Notes under the pieces: generated by a model | The model's input: only the letters and a program-made list of their open reading frames with translations | Databases searched by the model: none | What the model was told of the DNA's origin: nothing | NCBI RefSeq assembly: GCF_006345805.1 | Contig: NC_043020.1 | Span: 23,436,001-23,500,000 of the forward strand | From: Octopus sinensis | Lineage: Eukaryota | Direction: 5' to 3' | DNA: 64,000 nucleotides | Shown: one piece after another, positions 38,311 through 50,984 of the stretch | Layout: every line of letters starts with the position of its first letter | Position numbering within the stretch: position 1 is the first letter of the stretch | Position numbers and translations under genes: made by a program

Positions 38311-39711
38311 TTATATCTACATAGTATACCATTATATAAGACAACCTGTATGTGTTCAACCTCACAAGTAATGTAGAGATGCAGATTAAGAGTCGATACA
38401 CTGATATCAAGAGGTGGGGGGATATAGTTCGCTTTACAAAATTAGCCGGATAATTACATATTCGTGAAATTAAAATACGATGAAAAGAGACATACACTTC
38501 TCCAGAAATTAATTAGTAGTTGAATGTGATCGTTTAACATTAATTGTAATAGTAGATACGAGAAAATTAGAATTGTTTACAATAAATGCAATAAGCATTT
38601 GTCGAGAGAGTGGTTGCCGTCGAGGTAGTCGTAGCAGGTGGTACTATTGCTGCGTTTGTATTAGTTAATGACAGTGTATCTCGTGTGCGCTGTAAAGAAT
38701 TAATTAACAATTAACAGAAGATTTTATAATTGCACGTAGTGTTTGTTTTCTGTGTTGATCTTTTACGATACTAACAGCTAATTACTGTGAGAGACGACAA
38801 GTTCGGTATTTACGACAAGCTAACTGATTTAGCGATTTGCGACTGGCCTATAAGAACTAGAAAATAACAGCGTTATAATCTGAGTGCCATCTGCATTTAT
38901 CGGTTTGATGTGGTGATAAGACAGGCGACGTCTTACAGCTGTTTCAATATTCTGCAATGACCATCAAAAAACCACCTTTATATAGGGTAGAGTGAGGAAA
39001 AATCTAGAAAACCGATTCGCGTGATTTCTTGAAACCAATTTTCGTTTTTAATGGACTGATCATGTGAAAATACTATGGTTTGATGATGATATCTCCTCGG
39101 TTACCTTGCGATTCAGTTTCGAAACGGAGCTACACAAATTTCGGTTGGAGAAATCTGTGATTTCATTTCTAATGAAGGAGATAGCTATAAACAAAGTACT
39201 TAAATGGTTTCCAATACATGAATTACAATCTTGTGATTGCTCGAAATAATTTTCTCAGATTTTATTTATCAAACCTCAATGTAAAGAATTTCAAACGCCT
39301 TAGCTAGAAGATTTTCGATTTCCAGTGTGCCATCGATATTTTATTAGAATGTTCAAAACTTAAATTTTAAAGAACAACTGCACTTCTTTCAAATTCCAAA
39401 TATAGTTGAGCAAAGAAGTATTTCTTCTCTCATTGTACTTATAGTACTTATGGAGAGGGAGGTTTCTTAATATCATTGGTGGTAAACCCTATATATATTT
39501 TCTTGTGACTGAGTGTTATGCTCTGGGAAACATCTTGAAAGGTTTTATTCCGACAAGTCGTTTCCCCACCTCATATCTTAGGTGATTTTTAAAAACTGGT
39601 ATTTATTCTAACGGTCTATTTAAAAAAAAATGTGTAGGCTACGGTGATATAAACAGAAGAACGCCAGTTGTCAAGGTGCGCTGGGTTACGAAGAAAAAGA
39701 TATGCCCATAA

Positions 39712-39750
<39 letters not shown>

Positions 39751-39779
39751 CATACATACATATATACATATCTAGCCAT

Positions 39780-39865
<86 letters not shown>

Positions 39866-39991
39866 GTAGATATATACATACACACACACACACACACAAA
39901 TATATATATATATATATAGTTAAAATTTACCGAAAATAAGACGAAGGAAGGTGTAGGAACAACAAGCCTGTGTATCAGTTTAATTATCGGG

Positions 39992-40072
39992 AAGAATGGA
40001 AAAGTCCTTTACCTCTCGAGTCTCCGCTTATGAAGAGCGGAGACTCGAGAGGTAAAGGACTTTTCCATTCTT
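39992..40072. repeat. Perfect 37-bp-arm hairpin with 7-nt loop at the end of a Penelope-like fragment
   Basis: AAGAATGGAAAAGTCCTTTACCTCTCGAGTCTCCGCT - TATGAAG - exact reverse complement. Confidence 0.9.
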
Positions 40073-40402
40073 TTCCATTCCACAAAGTTTCCCCTTTACT
40101 AAATTCGGTGTTGATTGAGCAGTCAGTTCCGGGGTTATAATAGAAGGCTTTTACCCAAAGTGTAACAGTGGGACTGAACTCAAAACTACATAGCTGCAAA
40201 ATGAGCTTCTTAGTCACAGAACAAAGTCCACTCAGATATTTTAATTGCATTTTATATAAAATATTTTTAAACATGGAATTAAATTTGTAGAAAGCAACCT
40301 TATGAATTTGTGCAATTCTGATTTACGAGAAGAATTATGGTAAGCAGGTGTGAAATAAAATAGATTTAAACGATATTTTGTTAAATATTTCGGAAACGTG
40401 AA

Positions 40403-40666
40403 GTCGCATGGCTCAGTGGTTAGAGCGTCGAGCTTACGATCGTGATTCAGTGAGCTCGGACCGGGCTGCGTGTTTTGTTCTTGAGCAAGACACTTTATTT
40501 CACGTTGCTACAGTTCACTCAGCTGTAGAAAGGAGTTGCGACGTCACAGGTGCCAAGCTGTATACCCCCTTTGCTTTTCCCTTGGATAACACTGGTGGCG
40601 TGGAGAGGGGAGGCCGGTATACATGAGTGACTGCTGGTCTTCCATAAACAACCTTGCCCGGACTTG
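40403..40666 (+). mobile_element. tRNA-derived SINE family C (CORE-like centre)
   Basis: A box TGGCTCAGTGGTTAGAGCG; centre CTTGAGCAAGACACTT..CTCAGCTGTA. Confidence 0.65.
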
Positions 40667-41098
40667 GTCCGCGAATCGAAAGTACGGTCTTGCGATCGTG
40701 ACCGCTACACCCAAAATCACTATGCCAAGCGTACTTACAACCTTTTAGATAAAGCTTAGACAAACTAATTAGATCTTACAAAAAAATTTATTACGTGATA
40801 AATTAGTTTAATTTTATCGCTAATAAAATTAATTCTCCGTTCCGCGGTTTGATATATCTAACTAATATGATTCTAACGCCTCCCGTTTGCTCAATAAAGT
40901 TATTGATTTCGTCACCTTCTTAACTGACGTTATGCTTGACATTGTTATTACTTTACAGGTCAAAACGATTGTAGTAAACTTCGACAGTCATTTGGGATCA
41001 CGTAAGGACATAACCTCGCTTTTGGTGTCTGCAAGGGTTCTAATAATCTCTCATGAGATTACAAATTTTATTGCTTTGTACTTGCGTAATTAATTTCG

Positions 41099-41524
41099 CG
41101 GATCTTTTCGGTTTGAACGGCAGTTTTTTCTAGCGGTGTCATATGAAATTGTCACCCATAATTATGCCCCTAGTATCGATCTATTGCATTTCAATCTATT
41201 TTACTGTTAGGGTTAGTTAGGGTTAGGGGTGGAGGAAGGGTATCTTTTTTCTTCACAAATGTAAATAAACCCAATCTGTTTCTTAAACGAGGGACATATT
41301 CATACGGCGCAGAATGTTGTTTACCTCAATGGACGTCAGTGATTGGTTGAAATTGCAGATATTGAAGAAAAAACAACAAATATCTTACAAACCATAGAAT
41401 TTTCTCAATAAAGCCAAGAGAAAATGATGTTTAATAAACACATTCTACCAGTATACGAAGTTTAAAAGTGTTTAGTTACGTGGAAATTATTTTTAAAAAC
41501 TGCCGGTCAAACCGAAAAGATCCG
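41099..41524 (+). mobile_element. Complete 426-bp TIR MITE with internal TTAGGG motifs
   Basis: 30-bp TIRs CGGATCTTTTCGGTTTGAACGGCAGTTTTT / AAAAACTGCCGGTCAAACCGAAAAGATCCG; no TSD visible. Confidence 0.9.
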
Positions 41525-41999
41525 ATTCATTTTCTCCAAGCAAATAGATAACTAAGAAATTCACAAGCCGACCGCTACACTGATTGATTGATAACAATAT
41601 AGCCACCTAAGAGATAATGCTATACTCAAATTCAAAATACAACCGTATCGATCACGAACACATATTCCCACGGTATTCTTTTGTTTTTGTTACACTGCAG
41701 AATCAAATTTACCATTTTTTTCCTTAAAATTATAGACGATAGAATCGACGGTGTTACACGAATTTCCTTTTCATTAATCTAGAAACTCTGCCCTCCTCCG
41801 TAATTTCTTGGCCGAGTTGTCAATCAAACTAACGCAACCGTTCTATTTTTGAACTTTGCAACTTGTTTTTCTCCTGGAAATGGTTTTATTTGCACTTTTA
41901 GCCATTCACTTCGTCTTTCACTGCTGATCATTCTTTTCATTCGTGTTCTCTTGTTCATCACTTTGCTGTTCTTATTGCTGTTGATATTGTTCGTTTCCT

Positions 42000-42145
42000 T
42001 CTTCTTCATCTTCTTCTTCTTCTTTTTCTTTTTCTTCTTCTTCTTCTTCTTTTCTTCTTCATCATCATCATCTTCTTCTTCTTCTTCTTTTTCTTCTCCT
42101 TCTTCTTCTTCTTCTTCTTCTTCTTCTTCTTCGTCTTCTTCTTCA

Positions 42146-42206
<61 letters not shown>

Positions 42207-42207
42207 T
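42000..42207. repeat. (TTC)n followed by (TTA)n
   Basis: Direct reading. Confidence 0.95.
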
Positions 42208-42369
42208 TGTTATTCGTGGCTACCTATACCTTCATCTGGTAAAACTGACTTGGTGCATCAGCGTGCCATGTAAGTATGTATGTATGTATGTTCCCTTCCT
42301 ATTTTTAATTCAGTGTAAATGTCGACCCGCCACCTAATTTGGTAGCAACTTTCTGAAAGAGAACACCTT

Positions 42370-43130
42370 GTTTTGTTCATCGCCCTTTAAATCTTAAGAA
42401 AGTCTTCCAGATTCCCATAGTCCCAAATATTGGGACCATTTGTAGTGCATGAATTAAGGATTTCCGTTCTTTCCCCAAGAACGCAAGTTCAGCCATACTT
42501 TGTATGCGTTCTATTGTTCCAATAGTAATAGGTATCAAACTGGACATGTATCATGGATACTGAACTTGCAACCTCCTTAACAATGGTCCGTTGACGTCCT
42601 CATTCTCTTGTATTTTTCTAATCACACTAGGGTGCAGATTGCAGCTCCTTTCTGAAGAAAAACTTATCTTTTACTTGTGGTTCAACACAACAATATTTTA
42701 CTGGTTATATTTTAACTTGATGGCTGCATTAAATTCTAATTTCCACCCATATTCTTTTGACCCATCGACCTCATAAAGTGAACTTGGCCTGTAGGTGTTT
42801 CCTTTTTTGCTATCGTGTCCCAGACTGGCGACTGCATCTACCCCCATGGAATGCTAACATGTGGGTGTCATTGTCTCGCAATTGACAGGGTCTCGGTTTT
42901 CCAAAAAGCCTATATATGTTTCTGTCAATGGTTTCTGCCTTTTATACAATAGGTACTTGGTGAAGATCTCTTGTTCTTGAACTGCATGTTAGTAGCCGTG
43001 CATAAAATTGTCGGTATTCCATGCCAAGCTTTTGATATGATCAACCCATTCTGTAATTTAAATTTTTCGCTCCAATTACTCATGTAATGGCACGAATTGA
43101 TCACTTCTAGCTTCGTCCACTTGATACACC
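42370..43130 (-). mobile_element. Degraded C-terminal fragment of a restriction-like-endonuclease (RLE) non-LTR element
   Basis: Minus strand ..NGPLLRRLQVQYP*YMSSLIPITIGTIERI..LAFLGKERKSLIHALQMVPIFGTMGIWKTFL resembles the RLE tail Y..L...L....P...F..P...G..G. Confidence 0.5.
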
Positions 43131-44067
43131 TTTGGGGGTCTTAATTTAGTGTGGTGAGGGACAAGGACAGCGCTCCTGTGCCCTTGTTTGAACAGATCTT
43201 GTTTTGACTTCTGACGGGTACCCTCACACCCTCCTACAAGATCCAGGAATCTGAATCGAGAAGGGGAGCCGGTTTAGTCGCCGACGACCCGACAATGACT
43301 GAGAAGAGTGGGAATACATGGTTAAACATTGCTCCTGGAAGAGATCTCAGCCTCCATATACATTACCTTTCCACAATATATTACTGGTATCCTGTTGTTC
43401 TAATTCGTTCCGGAGAACGAAAGAAAGCCAACACACTAAACCTTAATACTTAATGATTCTGATAAGGTTTTTATATGTCACACTCATAGTTGGTCGACTG
43501 TTTAACATGGCGACACAAAGACGCCGGAATTGAAATTAATTAATTTTTAATGAATACATTTTTTATTTTTATCAAAGGATGGTTAAATTAAGTAGGATGC
43601 AAACGCGACATGGTGTCTTTAGTTTTAACTAATAATTTTCAATAATATTTTCAAAATTTTACACTTTAGCCTTGGGTTTAGAAACAGTCTTTATTTCTAT
43701 TTTTAATTGAAATATAATTGGCGATTTTTCAACAGAATTTCAAGAAAAAAACTGAAAGTTTTGTCCTTCATTAGTTTATTGGAACTGTAGAAATATTTTG
43801 AACATAAAATGTGTAGTTTCTGTAATGAATATATGTATATATACATGTTGGTGTTCATGTGCTGATGTATGCATATTTACATACGGATATGTGTGTGCGC
43901 GTGCGTGGGTTTTTGTGTCTGAATATATAGATGTATCTCTTTCTGTCTATCTCTGTATATTACACACACACACACATATATATATACATGTATATATATG
44001 TACATATATATGTATATATCCATATACATGTATATATATGTACATATATATGCATATATCCATATAC

Positions 44068-44102
<35 letters not shown>

Positions 44103-44170
44103 GGTCCCGGGTTGATTCGGGGTAAACCACAGTAAATAAGGTACTCAATACATAGCAGAGTAAAATTAAT

Positions 44171-44293
44171 TTATTATATAGAAGGAGCTTCTACAGGACT
44201 AGAACTGTTTCATTCAAGAGAAATCATCAGGAAGCTTCCTGATGATTTCTCTTGAATGAAACAGTTCTAGCCCTGTAGAAGCTCCTTCTATAT

Positions 44294-44298
<5 letters not shown>
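44171..44298. repeat. 128-bp palindrome (64-bp arms, one mismatch) at a Penelope-like end
   Basis: Centre GAAG|CTTC at 44234/44235. Confidence 0.95.
44233..44283 (+). ncRNA. Type I hammerhead ribozyme motif (mirrored on the minus strand at about 44186-44236)
   Basis: Stem I AGCTTC/GAAGCT; core CTGATGA; stem II (T)TTC-TCTT-GAA(T); GAAA; stem III ACAG-ttctagcc-CTGT; cleavage triplet GUA. The base of stem II is a U.U mismatch. Confidence 0.65.
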
Positions 44299-44353
<55 letters not shown>

Positions 44354-44616
44354 GTATAAGCATGTGGCAATCGCGATACACATTCAAAGAGAAGTGGACA
44401 GATGAATGGAAGTTTAGACTCCATCTACTTCATCCAAGGTTGGTACATTTGATGTAGAAAGTTAACCATAAGAACGATATTTGTCAAGCAGATACTCATG
44501 CAAAAAAGCGGTCGAACACAAGGAGTCATAATGAGTAGAGCTACATGGAATACAAAATAAAGAATACAAAATAGACGAAAGATCTTCTGCAATGTGCGCA
44601 TACATACATACATACA

Positions 44617-44652
<36 letters not shown>

Positions 44653-44715
44653 TATATCCACATACGCACACACAAATATATATGTGTGTGTATGTATATA
44701 TATATGTATGTATAG

Positions 44716-44754
<39 letters not shown>

Positions 44755-44837
44755 TGCACACCTGCATACACACAGACGCACATATGTATATGTGTGTGTG
44801 TGTGTATACAGAGGGATGGAGTTACCCAGAGCGATAT

Positions 44838-44884
<47 letters not shown>

Positions 44885-44923
44885 CATACATAGATAGATA
44901 GATAGACAGATAGATAGATAGGT

Positions 44924-44961
<38 letters not shown>

Positions 44962-45171
44962 CGTAAGAGAAGAGCATGAGAAAGATGTACCGGAATCTGT
45001 AATAATTTCGGATTACAATTTTCTATATTTTCATGTGTGAAAGTATTAGGATTGCCAAGGTGACTTGCGATGGAAACAAAATGCATTGGATGTTTGTCAG
45101 TCGTTATAGCGGCTGATGATCTGTTTAAAAGAGGCTAAGAGTCAGGGAATATCACAAGATATAATGTAAAC

Positions 45172-45310
45172 CATTTACATTTGACGGATATTTGGCCTCA
45201 TCTTCTATGTTATCAACACAACGTTTCGGCTGATATAGCCCCCAGCTTCTTCAGGTGTCCTTTGGGAAATTACGAACCTGAGTCCCTATTCCTAAGGTAT
45301 TTTTTTGATG
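45172..45310 (-). mobile_element. Penelope-like terminal repeat with a minimal hammerhead motif
   Basis: Minus strand GACAC CTGAAGA AGCTG-ggggctatat-CAGCC GAAAC GTT GTGTT (45215-45259). Confidence 0.7.
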
Positions 45311-45342
45311 TTATTATTACTATTATTATTATTATTATTATT

Positions 45343-45542
45343 CAGTAGTTTTATTTTTATAGCGTGCTTTCACTTCACTACCGAGCGCAGCTCTGTGTGC
45401 CTTGGGTATGTGCTGTGATTTGTTGTGATTCTCTGATGGTTATTGTATGGAAAGTGTTCTGCGTAGGATGTGTGCAGTGCCTAGTAGTGCAATTTTCTGT
45501 ATGTTATATGTGTTTGTAAGTCCTGGTGTTTTTGTTATGTAT
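45343..45542 (-). mobile_element. R4/Dong-like LINE 3' end within (TTA)n, family 1
   Basis: KYITKTPGLTNTYNIQKIALLGTAHILRRTLSIQ*, with TTA repeats on both sides. Confidence 0.7.
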
Positions 45543-45568
45543 TTTATTATTATTATTATTATTATTAC

Positions 45569-45612
<44 letters not shown>

Positions 45613-45640
45613 TATTATTATTATTATTATATTATTATTA

Positions 45641-45968
45641 TATGTTTTACTTTTGCTTTATATTTGTACAAGTTGGCTCCAAGTCTCACCCAGAGACCTC
45701 AAGAGACAACAGGTTGGAAGTTCACGTTGTTGTTATGCCTAGTGTCCCATATATTGGGGGGAGGTTGGTGTTGTACTAGTGAATGTCTAATAAATAAATA
45801 AATAAAAACATACAAAAATTAAATAAATAAAATTAAAAAATTAAAAAATAAAATAAAAATTGTTTGTTTTAAACCTTGAGATTACATAGAAAGTATTTTG
45901 CCTAGGATATGAGCAGTTCCCATGAGCACTATCTTTTGAATTTCTGCCATTTTGGGGTTTCCTGGTAT
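45641..45968 (-). mobile_element. R4/Dong-like LINE 3' end within (TTA)n, family 2
   Basis: Reverse complement of 47760-48030 with an A/T-rich insert. Confidence 0.75.
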
Positions 45969-46187
45969 TATTATTATTACTATTATTATTCAAGTCACTA
46001 CTTGGAATCGAACTCGGAATCTTGGGGTTAGTAGCTCGCTCTTAACCACTACGCCATATGCCTGTGGGCAATTATGGAGTGAATTTTAGGGCTGCGCTTC
46101 AGTGTGTTTATGCTTGTTGTGCGTGCGTGTGTGTTACTTGCGGGAATGACTGTGAGCGCATGTGTGTGTGTGTCTGTGTGTGTGTGT

Positions 46188-46221
<34 letters not shown>

Positions 46222-46551
46222 ACATGTGCATTTTTATGTGTATGCTTGTGTGTGTGTGTCCTATTTTCTAAAACGTCCAACGTTTCTGATAGCAACACTA
46301 TACCGTTTCAGATGTAAGCCAATGCGAAATCGACCACTTAAAAACATTTCTTAGCAATTCCTAATGTCAACGGTAATTAATGTGTTAATGAAACTTGACT
46401 GGTTCCAAACATCAATTATTCATTTTTACTCATTCTTTAAACATTTTCTCTTTTTCTTAATCATATTATTTTCTAATTCATGAAAGTAATAGGTTTGAGA
46501 CGTCTGCAAATATGTCCGTTTCAATTCAAAACAGAAAAAAAAAACATTCAA

Positions 46552-46940
46552 AGGAGTGGCTGTGTGGTAAGTAGCTTGCTAACCAACCACATGGTTCCGG
46601 ATTCAGTCCCACTGCGTAGCATCTTGGGCAAGTGTCTTCTGCTATAGCCTCGGGCTGACCAAAGCCTTGTGAGTGGACTTGGTAGACGGAAACTGAAAGA
46701 AGCCTGTCGTATATATATATATATATGTATGTTTGTGTGTCTGTGTTTGTCCCTCTAGCATTGTTTGACAACCGATGCTGGTGTGTTTACGTCCCCGTCG
46801 CTTAGCGGTTCGGCAAACGAGACCAATAGAATAAGTACTGGGCTTACAAAGAATAAGTCCCGGGGTCGATTTGCTCGACCAAAGGCGGTGCTCCAGCATG
46901 GCCGCAGTCAAATGACTGAAACAAGTAAAAGAATAAAAGA
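46552..46940 (+). mobile_element. SINE B, complete
   Basis: AGGAGTGGCTGTGTGGTAAG..GACTGAAACAAGTAAAAGA. Confidence 0.9.
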
Positions 46941-47271
46941 ATAATAGATAAAAACAAAAATAAAAACAAGATGGCATATTGATATTTGGTTAGCCTGGTG
47001 AGGCAGTTGTTTACCATATTTAAACCAAATTTATTATTTAATGTTTCCGATGAAAGTATTTACATAAAAATGCAAACGATTTGCCAAGAGTAAAACGTAT
47101 GCCAGAAGTGTCTAGACAAATATATCTCACTAGAGGTATGGCTGCACCCTGGCTAAAAAAGATGACTTTATTTTCATGGTGTGTGAGATGGGAAAATTCT
47201 GTATTCATTTAAAAAGAAACTACTATACATGTTTTTAAAGTCAGGGGCCAGGCAACAACTAAGAATTCCGT

Positions 47272-47394
47272 CGGATCTTTTCGGTTTGAACGGCAGTTTT
47301 TTTTAAATAATTTCTAGGTAACTAAACACTTTTAAACTTCGTTTACTGGTAGAATGTGTTTATAAAACATATTTTTCTCTTGGCTTTATTGAGA
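47272..47394 (-). mobile_element. Fragment of the TTAGGG-containing MITE
   Basis: TIR CGGATCTTTTCGGTTTGAACGGCAG plus adjacent internal sequence. Confidence 0.85.
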
Positions 47395-47462
47395 GATATT
47401 ACCTCTAAGTATTTCGTCCAGCGTGCCAAAGTTTCTGCCAGCTCTCCGCCGAAATAATAATA

Positions 47463-47540
<78 letters not shown>

Positions 47541-47634
47541 TAATAACAACAACAACAACAACAGCAACAAAAACAACAACAGCAACAATAATAATAATAA
47601 TAATAATAATAATAATTAATAATAATAATAATAA

Positions 47635-48030
47635 CTGAGCAAATATAAAGATCTTGAAATAGAAATTGGCAAAATGTGGAACCTGAAGACTAAAACAATA
47701 TCTGTTGTCATATGTGCCCTGGGAATGATAGCAAAAGGGGCTGATAGCTACCTAACTCAGATACCAGGAAACCCAAAAATGGCAGAAAAGATAGTGCACA
47801 TGGGAACTGCTCATATCCTACGCAAAATACTTTCTATGTAATCTCAAGGTTTAAAACAAACATGATTTTTGCTTTTTTTTTGACATTCACTAGTACAACA
47901 CTAAGTACAAAACCAAATATATGGCACACTAGGCATGACAACATCATGAACTTCCAACCTGTTGTCTCTTGAGGTCTCTGGGTGAGACTTGGAGCCAACT
48001 TGTACCAATATAAAGCAAAAGTCAAACATA
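47635..48030 (+). mobile_element. R4/Dong-like LINE 3' end (RLE C-terminus and 3' UTR) between trinucleotide tracts
   Basis: LSKYKDLEIEIGKMWNLKTKTISVVICALG..KIVHMGTAHILRKILSM*. Preceded by (AAT)n; followed by (GAA)n, (GAT)n, (GGA)n and (TAA)n. Confidence 0.75.
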
Positions 48031-48157
48031 GAAGAAGAAGAAGAAGAAGAAGAAGAAGAAGAAGAATGATGATGATGATGATGATGATGAGAGGAGGAGG
48101 AGGAGGAGGAGGAGGAGGAGGAGGATAATAATAATAATGATAATGATAATAATAATG

Positions 48158-48211
<54 letters not shown>

Positions 48212-48233
48212 GTGATAATAATAATGATAATAA

Positions 48234-48776
48234 GTACCAGGCAGTGGCTCTCATGGCTTCTGATCTTAACTGATTGGAAGTGTTATCATGTACATTGTTT
48301 TGTCTTGGTATAAAAGATGGGCTACAGCAAATATTCTGCTCAATACCACAGATTTGCTTGTCAGTTGTTTGACCTTAACCAGTTGAGCATGTCCCTTAGT
48401 GGCTGACGATATGTGCATCCCTGATCACGAGCAGAAGTAGTGGGGGAGCATCATAGCCATGTGTTGAGAGGGATTCTTTGGGGTTTGAATAATTCACCTC
48501 TGGAAACATGGGTGTTTCGTTCAACGTCCTTAAACAACCCTTATTCAGGGACCGTTTGAGCGGGATGGGTTACTTGATCTGAAGAAAATTCTAACTGGGC
48601 TCCACCTGCAAGGTCATGTGCTGTTTATCTTGATATGAGATCACCATGTCGCGTACATATGGTTGTGATGCATGTGCCTGATGTACCCTTATCAGACGGG
48701 TAGTCATGATGGGTATACTGGGCTTCGTATATTTTACCCCAGTGTCACTTTGATGGCATGCTCTGCTCGCTCACTC

Positions 48777-48777
<1 letters not shown>
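48234..48777 (+). mobile_element. ~545-bp non-coding element in (TAA)n, copy 1
   Basis: Highly similar to copy 2; TAA repeats on both sides. Confidence 0.85.
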
Positions 48778-48831
<54 letters not shown>

Positions 48832-48857
48832 TAATAATAATGGTGATAATAATAATG

Positions 48858-48933
<76 letters not shown>

Positions 48934-48935
<2 letters not shown>

Positions 48936-49488
48936 CCCTGATGCAGTACCAGGCAGTGGCTCTCATGGCTTCTGATCTTAACTGATTGGAAGTGTTATCA
49001 TGTACATTGTTTTGTCTTGGTAGAAAAGATGGGCTACAGCAAATATTCTGCTCAATACCACAGATTTGCTTGTCAGTTGTTTGACCTTAACCAGCTGAGC
49101 ATGTCCCTTAGTGGTTGACGATATGTGCAACTCTGATCACAAGCAGAAGTAATGGGGGAGCATCATAGCCATGTGTTGAGAGGGATTCTTTGGGGTTTGA
49201 ATAATTCACCTCTGGAAACATGGGTGGTTCTTTCAACATCCTTAAACAACCCTTATTTAGGGACCTTTCGAGCGGGATGGGCTACTCAACCTGAAGAAAA
49301 TTCTAACTGGACCCCACCTGCAAGGTCATGTGCTGTTTATCTTGATATGAGATCACCATGTCGTGCACACATGGTTGTGATGCATGTGCCTGGTGTACCC
49401 TTATCATACGGGTAGTCATGATGTGTATACTGGGCTTCGTATATTTTACCCCAGTGTGACTTTGATGGCATGAACTGCTCTCTCACTC
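48934..49488 (+). mobile_element. ~555-bp non-coding element in (TAA)n, copy 2
   Basis: Same 3' end (..CTCACTC) as copy 1 and slightly longer at the 5' end. Confidence 0.85.
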
Positions 49489-49572
<84 letters not shown>

Positions 49573-49605
49573 TAATAATAATAATAATAATAATAAGAAG
49601 AAGAA

Positions 49606-49636
<31 letters not shown>

Positions 49637-50300
49637 AAGAGAAGAAGAAGAAGAAGAAGAAGAAGAAGAAGAAGAGAAGAAGAAGAGAAGAAGAAGAAGA
49701 AGAAGAAGAAGAAGAAGAATACCACCACCAACAACAACTACAATACTGGGAATCCTGATGATGAATGTTCGAATATTTTTTCACATGATCCCCGGCGTTG
49801 AGGTGGGAAGTTGGGTTTTTAGTATTTTAATGGCAGCAGAACCCTTCGCCAGCTCTGTGCTCTAAAGAAGAAGAAATGGACAATGAAGCTGTTGACCCTT
49901 CCACTGTCTCTCATGTGTTCTTTTCAGGCAGAAGTATCATTCCGGATTTATAAAGACGCACGTATAACATTAGGTCTTTGTGTCCTTTCCTACAAGCCTG
50001 ATCGACTTGAGGATCGAACCCTAGATGATGATTATCTTCGTATCTTATGTCATCATTCGTTTGTTTGTCTATATTCATGTTGTGCTTGTTTTATTGCTCA
50101 AAGCATTACACTTTTCCCAAACGGAAAAATATCTTTTTGGAAGGGAGAGAGAGTCTTTCTTTCTTAATGTTGGGAGTTTTCTTCGGATACGACCACACAA
50201 TATGATATGTTGCCAACAAACAAATGAATTGAAATGGCACCCAACCAAAATCGAAAATTCAATAAAAAGCTTTCTTCTCCAAAGCGGAAAAATAAAAGAA

Positions 50301-50331
<31 letters not shown>

Positions 50332-50984
50332 AACACACACACACAAACACACACACACAAACACACACACCACACACCACACACACACACACACACAGAC
50401 ACACACACACACACACACACACAAGGAGCTCTTATCACCTTCACAATGTTCGTAAACACACGACAAAGAAAAATTATTCACTTGAGCTTATTACTGCAAC
50501 GAAGACATCATCAAAAGCAATTTTCACAACCGTGTTACTTCACCTTTCTTGAAGCAAAATCCAATGATAATAACAATAAGAGGAACAACAACAATAATAT
50601 CAATTTTTAAAAACAACTTCTTTTAAGCATGACCGAATGGTTAAGAAGCTCGCTTTGCAGCCATGCATTTCCGGGTTCAGTCCCACTGCGCGGACCTTAG
50701 CTAAGTTTCTTCTACAATATATCGAGGTGGACTGATACTTTGCGAGTGAGGTTTCTAGCGTCATATTTCTTTTTTAGTGAGAAAGAAAAAGTTATTTATA
50801 AATTCGTTTTACATCACATTCAACCAATGGGTAACTGAGCAGTTTGCCTCACAAGTAGTTGGTTGCGAGTTCAGTGCCACACTGTGGCACTTCCACTATA
50901 GCCGAGGGCCGACCAAAGCCCTGTGAGTGGCACTGACAGATGAAAATTATGAGGCCTTCCAATATATATATATGATTCAAAATA

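Noticed and set aside
41849-42337. 162-aa ORF
   Set aside because: Mostly (TTC)n/(TTA)n repeat.
48690-48777. HDV-like ribozyme at the end of the TAA-associated element (minus strand)
   Set aside because: CAGTG/CACTG followed by GG and CGAA is suggestive, but P2, P3 and L3 do not fit the consensus.
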